DNA of 63,734 bases, filler included, from Methanobacteriota archaeon (lineage in GTDB: Archaea; JACRDV01), in NCBI GenBank assembly GCA_024860865.1. It is 7 parts of 7 records of this genome, joined end to end, with 100 filler letters (N's around TTAATTAATTAA, not from the genome) between each part and the next. Parts side by side here need not be neighbours in the genome. Positions count along the whole stretch, not along the records: positions 35,049 to 44,965 come from JACRDV010000109.1; positions 45,066 to 57,429 come from JACRDV010000107.1; 5 more parts are not named here. One strand, written 5' to 3'. This document shows, one piece after another, positions 39,432 to 48,643 of this stretch. Both the position numbers and the translations under genes were made by a program. A model generated the notes under the pieces. It saw only the letters and a program-made list of their open reading frames with translations, searched no databases and was not told the origin of the DNA. Numbering within the stretch: position 1 is the first letter of the stretch; each line of letters starts with the position of its first letter.

Positions 39432-41153
39432 TTAGAGTTTAGCTATCAAATCTTCTACAGCTTTGCGAGTTCCTGCGCGAGTTGCTCCTGCAACAATCAA
39501 TACATCCTTGCCTGTTCCGTATGGGTTGGCAAGATATTCAACTGCCCCATCAGTAGCAGTCCAGCTAACCTTTGAAATGCCCCTGTCGACTAAGTCTTTG
39601 ACTAGTGCATTTGCTTCTGATCCACCGACTAAGACTATATTATAAGTTGCTTTGGTTGTAGCTGTAATTTCGGTGTCAAGCACTGCAATTGTTTTTGCAA
39701 TATCATATCGGGCACTTGTTGAAACTGCTATACCAGTTGCCTTTGCAAGGTCTTTAATCTCTCCTTTGCCAGTGGTTTCAGTGCGCACCTTAATCCTGTA
39801 GGATTTAGCATCCGTACTTGGGAATATAATCTTAATGTTCCCTGGAAGTGCAAAAGTACTACCTGTAGTAAGGCTGTTAACATCAGTTGGAGGCCCATAT
39901 AGTGTTATTGATTTGATCATCTTATAGCCATCAGCATTTAACAAACCTACGCCACCTGCGCCTTTGGGGTAAGTCCAAGTAGAGAATTTCCAACCAGCAA
40001 TGACTTCATTGCCCTGAATCCATTCTACCATGCTGGTTGCAATTGTTACTTCAGCGCTTTTTATTGTTGTACCTAGAAAGACGCTATGGACAACTACAAC
40101 AACTTCGTCTCCGTATTTTACAACTTCACCTGCTTTTGCATACCCTGACTTAATAACAACTCCATCTTTTATGATCTCAACGTATGCCTTGTCGACGCCA
40201 CCACTTGACATTATATCTACTAGCTTTATTGAGTAAACGCCAACGGTTGTACTTTCGCCAAGGCTGAGAATTACTTTTGCTTTAGCAGTGGAACCAATTT
40301 TTAGATTTCCGCTATAAGTGCCATCTGATGTATTAACGAAAATGTAATCTTTTCCTCCGATTTTAAACGGAGAATACTGGGGTATTGGAGAATCCTTGTC
40401 TGCTAGAGATGTGCTACTGCCACTTGTGTAATTAACTGTTCGGAGGGAGTAGTATATTTGACCTGCGATGACATCTACATGAGGGGCTGTTGTGTGTGAG
40501 CTAGCTGAATTGCACATCTCCCATCTGAAGGCTGATGCTGGTATTGTTATGTTTTCCCATCTGCCTGGTTTGGTAGAAGTATAAAAAGTTGTGCCACCAG
40601 GCGAGTTGGGATTAGTGCTGCTGTATTTATAAAATACTTTGTAAAGACCACCAAGTGGGAATGTAAGTTTCCTGCTAGTATTAATAACAGTAGCGGCACT
40701 GATATTTTGCGTTGAAACTATGTAACGGCCTCCGATTTTTATCTCCCAATAAGCACCATCAGCTGCTTCCGGATATTGTGTTTTGTTACTAAACCAAGCT
40801 GTATTCAAATTTGTTACCCCGGTATTGTTCGTCCCAAACATAACAATCTCTGGGGTTTCGTAGTAGCCAGTTAACTCAACCGCACTTGGGTCAGCTGTAA
40901 CAGTTGAAGTTAGAAACGCAAGGTTTCCTATCTGAGCTGCAATATCTGCACCAGCAATTGTATCGCTAGCTCCACCAGGGGCTTTCTCACCGACAACTAC
41001 TACACTAGAAGGAGCGCCTGTAGTCTTGTTAATGAAGCCAAATTTTGTATAGTCTCCTTCGTAAGCAACTGGAGCAGCAACAGCACCAGCAAATGTGATA
41101 CCAAGCATCAAAGCACTCGTAGCTGCAGCAGTGATTTTTCTGAAAACGCTCAT
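39432..41153 (-). CDS. S-layer protein (Methanococcales/Thermococcales type)
   Basis: Signal peptide, VVVGEKA...D..A.ADIAA N-domain, IVLVGG..AN...VLIVAG..R.GT..A C-domain, many NxT/S sequons, strong GGAGGT RBS. Confidence 0.88.
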   Translation of the reverse strand: MSVFRKITAAATSALMLGITFAGAVAAPVAYEGDYTKFGFINKTTGAPSSVVVVGEKAPGGASDTIAGADIAAQIGNLAFLTSTVTADPSAVELTGYYETPEIVMFGTNNTGVTNLNTAWFSNKTQYPEAADGAYWEIKIGGRYIVSTQNISAATVINTSRKLTFPLGGLYKVFYKYSSTNPNSPGGTTFYTSTKPGRWENITIPASAFRWEMCNSASSHTTAPHVDVIAGQIYYSLRTVNYTSGSSTSLADKDSPIPQYSPFKIGGKDYIFVNTSDGTYSGNLKIGSTAKAKVILSLGESTTVGVYSIKLVDIMSSGGVDKAYVEIIKDGVVIKSGYAKAGEVVKYGDEVVVVVHSVFLGTTIKSAEVTIATSMVEWIQGNEVIAGWKFSTWTYPKGAGGVGLLNADGYKMIKSITLYGPPTDVNSLTTGSTFALPGNIKIIFPSTDAKSYRIKVRTETTGKGEIKDLAKATGIAVSTSARYDIAKTIAVLDTEITATTKATYNIVLVGGSEANALVKDLVDRGISKVSWTATDGAVEYLANPYGTGKDVLIVAGATRAGTRKAVEDLIAKL

Positions 41154-41204
41154 TTTATACCTCCTTATAGTTATTGAGCATTTTTTGTTACAGGTAATAC
41201 AGCA

Positions 41205-41403
41205 AAAATACCTTACCAGTTGAAAGCGTTCAAGAAAAAATTGAAAAGCAGTTAAAAGGAAAATAAATTTACAGAGAAACTTAGTAATGCGTCAATACCT
41301 GACCAGAGAAACTTTAAATGTCTTTTTGTATGGTTCACGCTTTAGAATTCCTCTGCCTTCCAAGTCAGCTATAATCCGGCTTATTTTTGGCCTTGAAAAG
41401 ATA
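41205..41403 (-). repeat. Regulator-tail/promoter cassette, copy B; palindrome at 41220-41233
   Basis: 41288-41403 matches 42992-43108 with 6 substitutions and 1 indel; TTGAAAGCGTTCAA. Confidence 0.92.
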
Positions 41404-41867
41404 CCGCTTTAATCTTTAATCAAAAAATAAAAATGGATGCAAAGTTACTGTATTTGCGTAGTTTTTTTCTCTTTCATTGAATCATACTAAAAAATCATAT
41501 TCCAATTTTTCTTTTCTTGAACACATAAGCCAATATTGGGTTTTATAATTGACTGAGATTGATGGTTCCAGAGCCAACCTTCAACTCCTTCCACCATGAA
41601 GTAAAAAAGGGACTAAAGAAGGTCAATTTGTTGTATTTGGTACGAAAAACTTTAAAATACTTGATTTGCTTATTTTTAACTTCAATTTGCTTAAATGAGG
41701 CGATTTTGCTTTAATTGAAGTTTTTCATTCTTGACTGAAAGAAGCGGGACGCTTCATGGGCGTTTAGCTAATTAAGTTTCTATTACGTGAAAACAACCGC
41801 TTCTTCCTCTGAAAATGTTAATAAAGACCTAGAAGAAGCTGAACTAATTTATTAGTATCCTTAGACA

Positions 41868-42179
41868 TTAGTGTTTAATTTCAACTTTAAACTTTTTTTC
41901 TATTAATTTAATTGACTTATAATCAGCATCTTTTGTTAAGAGAGTGAGCCCTCTATTTATGCACATGCTTGCAATCAATATGTCAACAGCAGGTAAAGGC
42001 CGACCAATTTTTCTTAATTTTGCTGCTATCTGAATAGATAATTCATAATCCTGCCTTTGAGGCCAAAGTACATCACAATGTTCTAAAGCAGGTGGATATT
42101 CAACAATACTAAAAATAGTTGTTAAGCCAAACTTATGTCCTAGGAGGATGTTTGTGTCAAGGACTTTGTTCTCTTCCAT
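41868..42179 (-). CDS. vapC: VapC/PIN-domain toxin
   Basis: VLDTNIL, E, DILIAS and LLTKDADY motifs. Confidence 0.85.
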   Translation of the reverse strand: MEENKVLDTNILLGHKFGLTTIFSIVEYPPALEHCDVLWPQRQDYELSIQIAAKLRKIGRPLPAVDILIASMCINRGLTLLTKDADYKSIKLIEKKFKVEIKH

Positions 42180-42424
42180 TCTTTTTCCTTAATTGTTTTA
42201 TAATATCTCTTCCACTCTAAATCAGATACTTCTTTTATAAGTTCTCTAGTTTCTGGCGGCATACTTTTTAATAACTCTGAACCTTTAGTCACGCTCTTTA
42301 ATCTTTCTAAATGCTCTTTAATACCTTTTCTTGCCACTTCGCTCCATTTTATCTCTTTATGCTTCTTCATTTCCTCGTAGAGTTCTTTAGGTATACTTAG
42401 TGTAATATGTGTCTTCTGTGCCAT
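42140..42424 (-). CDS. RHH antitoxin (VapB-like)
   Basis: ITLSIPKELYEEMKKHKEIKWSEVAR; overlaps the PIN gene. Confidence 0.8.
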   Translation of the reverse strand: MAQKTHITLSIPKELYEEMKKHKEIKWSEVARKGIKEHLERLKSVTKGSELLKSMPPETRELIKEVSDLEWKRYYKTIKEKEWKRTKSLTQTSS

Positions 42425-42855
42425 AATTAATTTAGAAGATTTTTTGAGTATTTAAATTTAATTCAGTAGTAGAAGTTAAATGAAGAATAAAGGATCCCAA
42501 ATGAGAGATTCCACAAGAAGAAAATTAGTTTATGGCAATTCAAAGCTCAAAGAATCTCTTTAATGCCAATCAGCGCGAATTTTCTATCGTCCATTTTTGC
42601 TTATACTTTTATGGCCAGCTATCAAAAGACTAGTGAAAAATGCCCACCAAAAAGAGTTAGATGCTTCTAGAGGTAGGAAATGACATTTTCTTTTTTTCCA
42701 TTGTGAAAATGCTTTGGGTTTCCAGTTCCATCTTTTATGCGGAATGTTGTCTGTCGTGTCTGTGGAAGCTATTAAGTTATGTCTGAAGTATCATTTTCCC
42801 ATTTTGGTTGTTAAGGATAGCAGCAAAATATGCCCAATCAAAAGGGTTTGGATAT

Positions 42856-43108
42856 TTTGGAGGTAAGAAATGGCCGCTATCCATTACATTAAAGCGTATT
42901 TTTCTAATAAAATACCTTACCAGTCGAAAGCGATCAGGAAAAAATTGAAACGCAGCTAAAAAGGAAAACAAATTTAAAAGAAGCTTAATAATGCGTTAGT
43001 ATCTGACCAAAGAAACTTTAAATGTCTTTTTGTATGGTTCACGCTTTAGAATTCCTCTGCCTTCTAAGTCAGCTATAATCCGGCTTACTTTTGGCCTTGA
43101 AAAAGATA
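42856..43108 (-). repeat. Regulator-tail/promoter cassette, copy A (native); degenerate palindrome at 42924-42937
   Basis: TCGAAAGCGATCAG has 3 changes from TTGAA-N4-TTCAA. No intact ORF lies immediately downstream. Confidence 0.9.
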
Positions 43109-44006
43109 AAGTTTCTTCCTTCCAAATATTTTCTTGCAACACCTCGCCACCTCCACTTTTAATAAAATCCACCACGCTTTTTTCCTCATCGGTTAGAAAA
43201 ACATGAACTATGTCTTTTTTCCTTTTTTTCCATGCTAAAAAGAAACCGAAAGAAAATGTTGCAACAGATACGCCCACTATAGGTAATAAATACCAATACT
43301 GATCCAATCCTGTTTCAGGATAAATCAAGCCTATATCAAATTTTTCATTCGCCTTTAAAGTTTTTGCCCAGACGAGTGTAACTCTTTTATTTTCTATACT
43401 AATATCATTTGGTGGCGTTGTGGTTGTTGATTTCCAAGCTGTAACAGTACAAGTAAGACAGCCAACGCATTCTTCACAAATGCAAGATCCTCCTTCCTTG
43501 CAAGTGCAATTTTGAACGCAGGCTAAATTATGCGTTGAGACATCTGGTAGCATACCTTCCGGCAGTCGCATGATGAAATTGAATTTTTTTACATCTTTTG
43601 GAAAGGAAAAACTCTTATAATAAAGAGTATTTTCCTCGAGATATCTTGGTTCAACATCAGAAAAATCAATACGAAAGGCATAATTTTCTCCTTTGTTAAG
43701 AGGTTTTTCAAAATTAATTCGGAGGGAATGAGGAAGTATTTCGTAGCCCAATTCTGTGCCTTGGGCTGAAACAGCGGAGAACTTGTTTATACGCTCCTCA
43801 GTTCCCATTTCAAAATAATCCATCCTCCCTTCTAGACAAGTTAAATTTATAAAAAATTGTTCAAATGTTTTTTTCTTATCAACATCTACAAAAATAGTAA
43901 CTTGATTAAAATAATAATCAGTAGAAAATGCAAGTACTATTACGGGTAAAAATAAGAATGAAATAATTGAGGCTAAATAGGCAAATTGCGCAAGATGTTT
44001 TTTCAT
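42996..44006 (-). CDS. Membrane-anchored wHTH regulator with a Cys-rich extracellular insert
   Basis: Signal peptide, CVQNCTCKEGGSCICEECVGCLTC, TM helix followed by KKRKK, then LTDEEKSVV..I...GGEVLQ...SRPKVSRIIADLE.RG. Confidence 0.88.
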   Translation of the reverse strand: MKKHLAQFAYLASIISFLFLPVIVLAFSTDYYFNQVTIFVDVDKKKTFEQFFINLTCLEGRMDYFEMGTEERINKFSAVSAQGTELGYEILPHSLRINFEKPLNKGENYAFRIDFSDVEPRYLEENTLYYKSFSFPKDVKKFNFIMRLPEGMLPDVSTHNLACVQNCTCKEGGSCICEECVGCLTCTVTAWKSTTTTPPNDISIENKRVTLVWAKTLKANEKFDIGLIYPETGLDQYWYLLPIVGVSVATFSFGFFLAWKKRKKDIVHVFLTDEEKSVVDFIKSGGGEVLQENIWKEETLSFSRPKVSRIIADLEGRGILKREPYKKTFKVSLVRY

Positions 44007-44145
44007 AATAGAATGTTTTTTAATGTTATTTTTAACCTTTTCTCACTTCTCGAGAATATAAAAGGAAAAAAAGAAGGTCTCTGCTACTTCGCTAGTGCTT
44101 TCTACATTTGATCCAAAAGAAAGTTACACAAAAAGGGAAGTGAGT

Positions 44146-44965
44146 TTACTTCCATGCAATAGATACGTCTGGTCCTATCTCTGCACCACAAAGCGCTGAA
44201 TGTTTAGCCGTTGTTGGCCCCAATGGCTCGTGACAAGCTTTGCGGCAGGCAGGTATCCTTTCTACTATTTTCTTAGTGCTGAGATCTACTATTAGCAAGC
44301 TTCCTTCGTCTGGTGTAGGCGTTCCTCTGCAAGGAATAATTGCAAATTTGCCATCTTTAGTAAGCACTATGTCATGCGCTTCTGCCGTGCCATTCTTTAG
44401 ATCTAGAGGTATCCTCTCCTTGATTGTAAAGGTAGCCGCATCAATTACAATTATTTCGCCCTTCTCACCTGCGTCTCGAGCCTCTTTAGACTTTCCATTA
44501 CTCACATAGAAGTATTTGCCATCTGGAGAAAGCGAGGATATGTGTGTCCATCCACCTGTCTCAATTTTTTTCTCTACCTTCTTGCTGACCATGTCGACTA
44601 GGTATATGTTTCCACCAGTATGGCCTGATACTAAAGCTTTCTTACCACCTTCCAACCATCCTACTCCACATACGGCCGTGTCTATCGGTATCTGATCCAC
44701 TACTTTGTTAGCAATTGGGTCATAATTATACATATTACCATCTGTCAAATCAAAGCCCCAAATTGTCTTAGCTTCTGAATCCCACTCAACACCGCAGAGT
44801 TTCTTTCCTACAGTCACCCAAGGAGCAACTGTTTTCGTAGCTAAGTCTATTGAAGTTATGCCGCCGTCTAAGGAACCTACATAAAGAGTCTTTTCGTCTT
44901 TAGAAAGGACTACTCCGTGACCTGGTTTGCCTGTAACTATTCTGGATGCGCTCTTTGCAGCTAAG
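44146..44965 (-). CDS. YncE/YVTN-type beta-propeller protein, 5' cut by the gap
   Basis: Repeated blades (HGVVLSKDEKTLYV, LSPDGKYFYVSN, HDIVLTKDGKFA); C-terminal CRKACH. Confidence 0.8.
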
Positions 44966-45066
44966 NNNNNNNNNNNNNNNNNNNNNNNNNNNNNNNNNNN
45001 NNNNNNNNNTTAATTAATTAANNNNNNNNNNNNNNNNNNNNNNNNNNNNNNNNNNNNNNNNNNNNA

Positions 45067-45807
45067 ACTGCAGGAGCAATTGCCTCCCCAAATAGATCTC
45101 TTCCAGCAATTGCTTTAAGGATTGATGATCAAATTGTTTTGCTAGATTGCGGTGATGGAGCATTACATCAAATTGTAAAGGCTGACTTAGATTTTCTAAA
45201 TATCAATAATTTGTTTTTATCACATCTCCATGCTGACCATTTCTCTGGATTGTTGTCTCTTATTCACGCAATGGCTTTAAAAAATAGAGAGGCTAAGCTA
45301 GAGATTTATGGCCCAGAAGGAACTAAAGGCAAATTAGATTCTTTGCTTGAGCTAATTTTTGTTGGAAAGTTGGGATTTGAAATATCTGTATTAGATATTG
45401 GAGTAGAGAAGTTTAAACTCGTAAAAGATAAGTTTCAGGTCTTAACTGCATTTATGGATCATGGAGCACCAACTCTTGGATTTAGAATTGAAACGAAGAA
45501 AAGCGTAATAACTTATTCTGGCGATACTCAACCTTGCAATGGAATAATAAATTTAGCAAAAAATGCAGATATTTTAATTCACGATTCCAGTTTTGGAGAT
45601 GAATTAATAGATAAAGCTGTTAAAACCCAGCATTCGACAGCAGGTCAGGCTGGAGAAGTTGCTAAGAAAGCAGGAGTTTCAAAACTTTTTCTAACTCATA
45701 TTTACCCCGAATATGCTGAGAGTGATTACCTATTGCTTAAACAAGCTTCTGAAAAATTTGATGGGCAAGTGTTTGTAGCTAAAGATTTAGAAATAATTGT
45801 TTTGTGA
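45067..45807 (+). CDS. RNase Z-like metallo-beta-lactamase, 5' cut by the gap
   Basis: LDCG.G, SHLHADH, YSGDT, HST and LTH motifs. Confidence 0.85.
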   Translation, partial: TAGAIASPNRSLPAIALRIDDQIVLLDCGDGALHQIVKADLDFLNINNLFLSHLHADHFSGLLSLIHAMALKNREAKLEIYGPEGTKGKLDSLLELIFVGKLGFEISVLDIGVEKFKLVKDKFQVLTAFMDHGAPTLGFRIETKKSVITYSGDTQPCNGIINLAKNADILIHDSSFGDELIDKAVKTQHSTAGQAGEVAKKAGVSKLFLTHIYPEYAESDYLLLKQASEKFDGQVFVAKDLEIIVL

Positions 45808-45971
45808 ATTAATTAATCACATAGATTTGGAAGTATTATAACTAGCGTTTAAATTAAATAAAACTAAAATTTCATCCGTATTTATTGGGCCGTTTTAACT
45901 TGAGTGAACTTTCGTATGAATGTATTTGCTATAACTAAAGAGCTAACAAAACCAAATAAGGTTGAAAAAAG

Positions 45972-46151
45972 TTAGCCCTTAATTTTTTCAATTTCTGCCA
46001 TTTTGACTCTTCTTGCTTTTTTCATTATTTTTCCAATCACAAGGCCTTTCTTTTTTAGATCGGTCGCTTTATATTCGATTTTATGTGCTTTGGCAAGTCT
46101 GGCCAGTTGTTCTATCGTTAATTCTTCAAGCAATTCTTTTTTTCCAACCAA
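45972..46151 (-). CDS. 59-aa basic small protein (not in the ORF track)
   Basis: GGTGA RBS plus TTG; MVGKKELLEELTIEQLARLAKAHKIEYKATDLKKKGLVIGKIM..., a SAP/HeH-like pattern. Confidence 0.6.
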   Translation of the reverse strand: MVGKKELLEELTIEQLARLAKAHKIEYKATDLKKKGLVIGKIMKKARRVKMAEIEKIKG

Positions 46152-46292
46152 TTGATCACCAAGAACAATAGCACAAAGTTCGATATAAACTTAATGGAAA
46201 TACAGCAAAAACTTGATAAGGTAATCATTCCTTCCGGCATAAACCACAGTTTTATTTATAAAGGTGAAGCCCACAGTAAATTGGTGGAGATT

Positions 46293-46733
46293 ATGCCTGA
46301 AGAATTAACAGTAGTTGGTGACCTCAGCCCCACCTCCAGAAATGTGAACATTATCGTAAAGGTCGTTAAAAAGGGTGATGTTAAAGAAATAATATCCCGA
46401 AAAGACGGCTCACATCATAGAGTGGGGGATGCAACTGTTGGGGATGAGACCGGAATAGTGCTTTTAACTCTTTGGGATGATATGATTGAAAAACTTGAAG
46501 TCGATCATATATATAAAATCAGGAATAGCTTTACATCTATTTTCAAAGGTTCCTTAAGACTTAACCTAGGCAGATATGGTACTATAGAAGAGATGAAAGA
46601 AAAAGAAATTGATCGAGTTAACACTGAAAACAATTTATCAGAAAAAAGATATGAAGTCCCTCGATTTAGAGAACCACAATTTAAACCGCTATACTCTGAA
46701 AAGCCATCCCGAAGAAAAGGTTGGAGACGCTGA
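46293..46733 (+). CDS. ssb: Single-OB ssDNA-binding protein
   Basis: VGDETG...LTLW and L.LGRYG motifs; basic tail; ATG after GGTGGAG. Confidence 0.88.
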   Translation: MPEELTVVGDLSPTSRNVNIIVKVVKKGDVKEIISRKDGSHHRVGDATVGDETGIVLLTLWDDMIEKLEVDHIYKIRNSFTSIFKGSLRLNLGRYGTIEEMKEKEIDRVNTENNLSEKRYEVPRFREPQFKPLYSEKPSRRKGWRR

Positions 46734-46904
46734 GTAAAGTCTCATTGTTTATTTTACAAAAAAATAGAAATTGTACTTACAAATTGCTGTTAGGGCAAAG
46801 TTCTCAGAATAAGCCAGCAAGCTTTGAATTTGCGTTAGTACTGCATAGCACTCATTAATCCCACCAAGTACAAGGAGTCAGTTCTGTGATGGACTTATAT
46901 TCGG

Positions 46905-48590
46905 TTATTTTGGTTTCAGCAACATCTTAAGAATACCAATTGGTTTAAAGTTTATGGGATGGGATGGCCAGTATAGCTCTTGTTTATCGCAGATAGTCGA
47001 GATGCTGAACTCCCAGAATTCGCCCACTAGGTTAGCCGACTGCTTATAGTCGATCTTATTCTCGTAGTTATCTAGTTGCTTTTTTAATTTCCTAGCCTGC
47101 TTTATACGCTCGACAACTTCCGTCCACGTGCTTTTATCAATTCGCCCGTATTCCAACTTCAACTGGTTCAATCGCTCTGCAGCATCATAGGTCGCTTCCA
47201 CTAGCTCATCTCTGGACATCCATGCCGTTTCGTAGTTTAAAACATACTTCCAGGATGAGCGCGTAAGTAATTGGCGATGTTCCTCCAATGTCCTGGCAAA
47301 TAGCTTATAACCATACTCCTCCGGCCTTTCGAAAATTTTGCTTCCAGGATCGAGGAAAGGTCCCATGGGAGAGATGAAAGTCGAGAGACGTCTATCATGT
47401 TTCTTAAGTAGATGTCCGCAATAGCTAATGGTATCCATTACCGACTGGCGGGTCTGCTTCGGAAGACCAATCATGAAGAAAATATCGAAACGATGGCAAT
47501 TCAAACTGAGAGCATGCTCGATCATCTTCTCCAGTTCTTCATTAGAATAGAGGATGGTGGAGTCCTGAATCTTTCTTACCTCCTCATCGTGACTCTCGGG
47601 GGATATCTCTAGACTCCAGTTTACCACCGAACTATCTACCTCATTGAGAAACCCTTTTGGAGCCACATCGAAAAGCTCGAAGATAATTTCATTTTCGATC
47701 TTCTCCCTCTTGAGCAGGTTTAACAAACGTACAGCATAACTATCTCCAGCCTGTCTGATATCTCCTACTAGAAAGATCGGCCCCTTCGAGAAGCTATTTA
47801 TCTCGAGCATATTTTTTATCAGACTCTCTGGGCTGCGATATGCTGGTCTCCATCGTCCAGTTACGAACCGGCAAGCCATCTTAGAACTGCCACAAGTGAG
47901 GCATTCATGTGTACACCCCTTCACAGTGAATATTGCCGTTATGGGATTATCCCACCAACCGTTGAATGGTAGCACTCCTTTCAGTTCTCTATGTTTGGCA
48001 ACCATCTTTATCATCAGATCGGGTCGGATATCCACGTAGTCTAATGAGTCCGGTATGAAACTTATCTGGTTAATTTTAACCAAGCAATCTTCCTTCCATG
48101 TTAAGTTCTGTATCTCGTTAACTGGCTCTCCGCTCTCTATGCACTGCATCAATTTATAGAGAGGGGGCTCGATTGAATCACCGCGGAGCACGTAGTCCAC
48201 CTGAGGGTATTGAATCAACTCTTCATGGTAATAGGTTGATGAAAGGCCGCCAAAAATCACAGGGATATCAGGGTGTTCCTCTTTAACTATCCGAGCAACT
48301 TCGAGAGAACCGTGGACATGAGGGAGCCAATGCAAATCAATACCGAAGGCTATTGGCTTCAATTTAGAGATAAATTTTTGAACATCGAAGGCCGTGTCGC
48401 TCATCATGCGCAATGCTAAATTAACGACGCGTACGCTATATCCACGCTCCTCTAGGTAGCTCACTATAGTTAAAAAACCGAGAGGATACATTTCGAAAAT
48501 GGGTGAGGATGGAATCAAGTCGCTCACTGGCCCATACATGATAACTTCTTTTCTGAAGTCATAGATACTAGGAGAGTGTAACAAAATCAA
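46905..48590 (-). CDS. B12-binding radical SAM protein (TIGR04190-like)
   Basis: LLHSPSIYDFR, FEMYPLG, DLHWLPH and GCTHECLTCG motifs. Confidence 0.88.
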   Translation of the reverse strand: MILLHSPSIYDFRKEVIMYGPVSDLIPSSPIFEMYPLGFLTIVSYLEERGYSVRVVNLALRMMSDTAFDVQKFISKLKPIAFGIDLHWLPHVHGSLEVARIVKEEHPDIPVIFGGLSSTYYHEELIQYPQVDYVLRGDSIEPPLYKLMQCIESGEPVNEIQNLTWKEDCLVKINQISFIPDSLDYVDIRPDLMIKMVAKHRELKGVLPFNGWWDNPITAIFTVKGCTHECLTCGSSKMACRFVTGRWRPAYRSPESLIKNMLEINSFSKGPIFLVGDIRQAGDSYAVRLLNLLKREKIENEIIFELFDVAPKGFLNEVDSSVVNWSLEISPESHDEEVRKIQDSTILYSNEELEKMIEHALSLNCHRFDIFFMIGLPKQTRQSVMDTISYCGHLLKKHDRRLSTFISPMGPFLDPGSKIFERPEEYGYKLFARTLEEHRQLLTRSSWKYVLNYETAWMSRDELVEATYDAAERLNQLKLEYGRIDKSTWTEVVERIKQARKLKKQLDNYENKIDYKQSANLVGEFWEFSISTICDKQELYWPSHPINFKPIGILKMLLKPK

Positions 48591-48643
48591 ATCAGCTTGT
48601 GCTACAAGAACTCACCTTTGTAAATTTTCTTTGTTAAATTAAA

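Noticed and set aside
35861-42937. TACCAGTTGAAA as an Orc1/Cdc6 origin recognition box
   Set aside because: It resembles mini-ORBs, but the copies are kilobases apart, co-oriented, each directly before a promoter, lack G-strings and have no cdc6 nearby. An operator explanation fits better, though this is not formally excluded.
41288-43108. Duplicated gene 3' end as a DGR template/variable repeat pair
   Set aside because: The mismatches are mostly silent transitions and are not confined to template adenines. No reverse transcriptase is present in the window.
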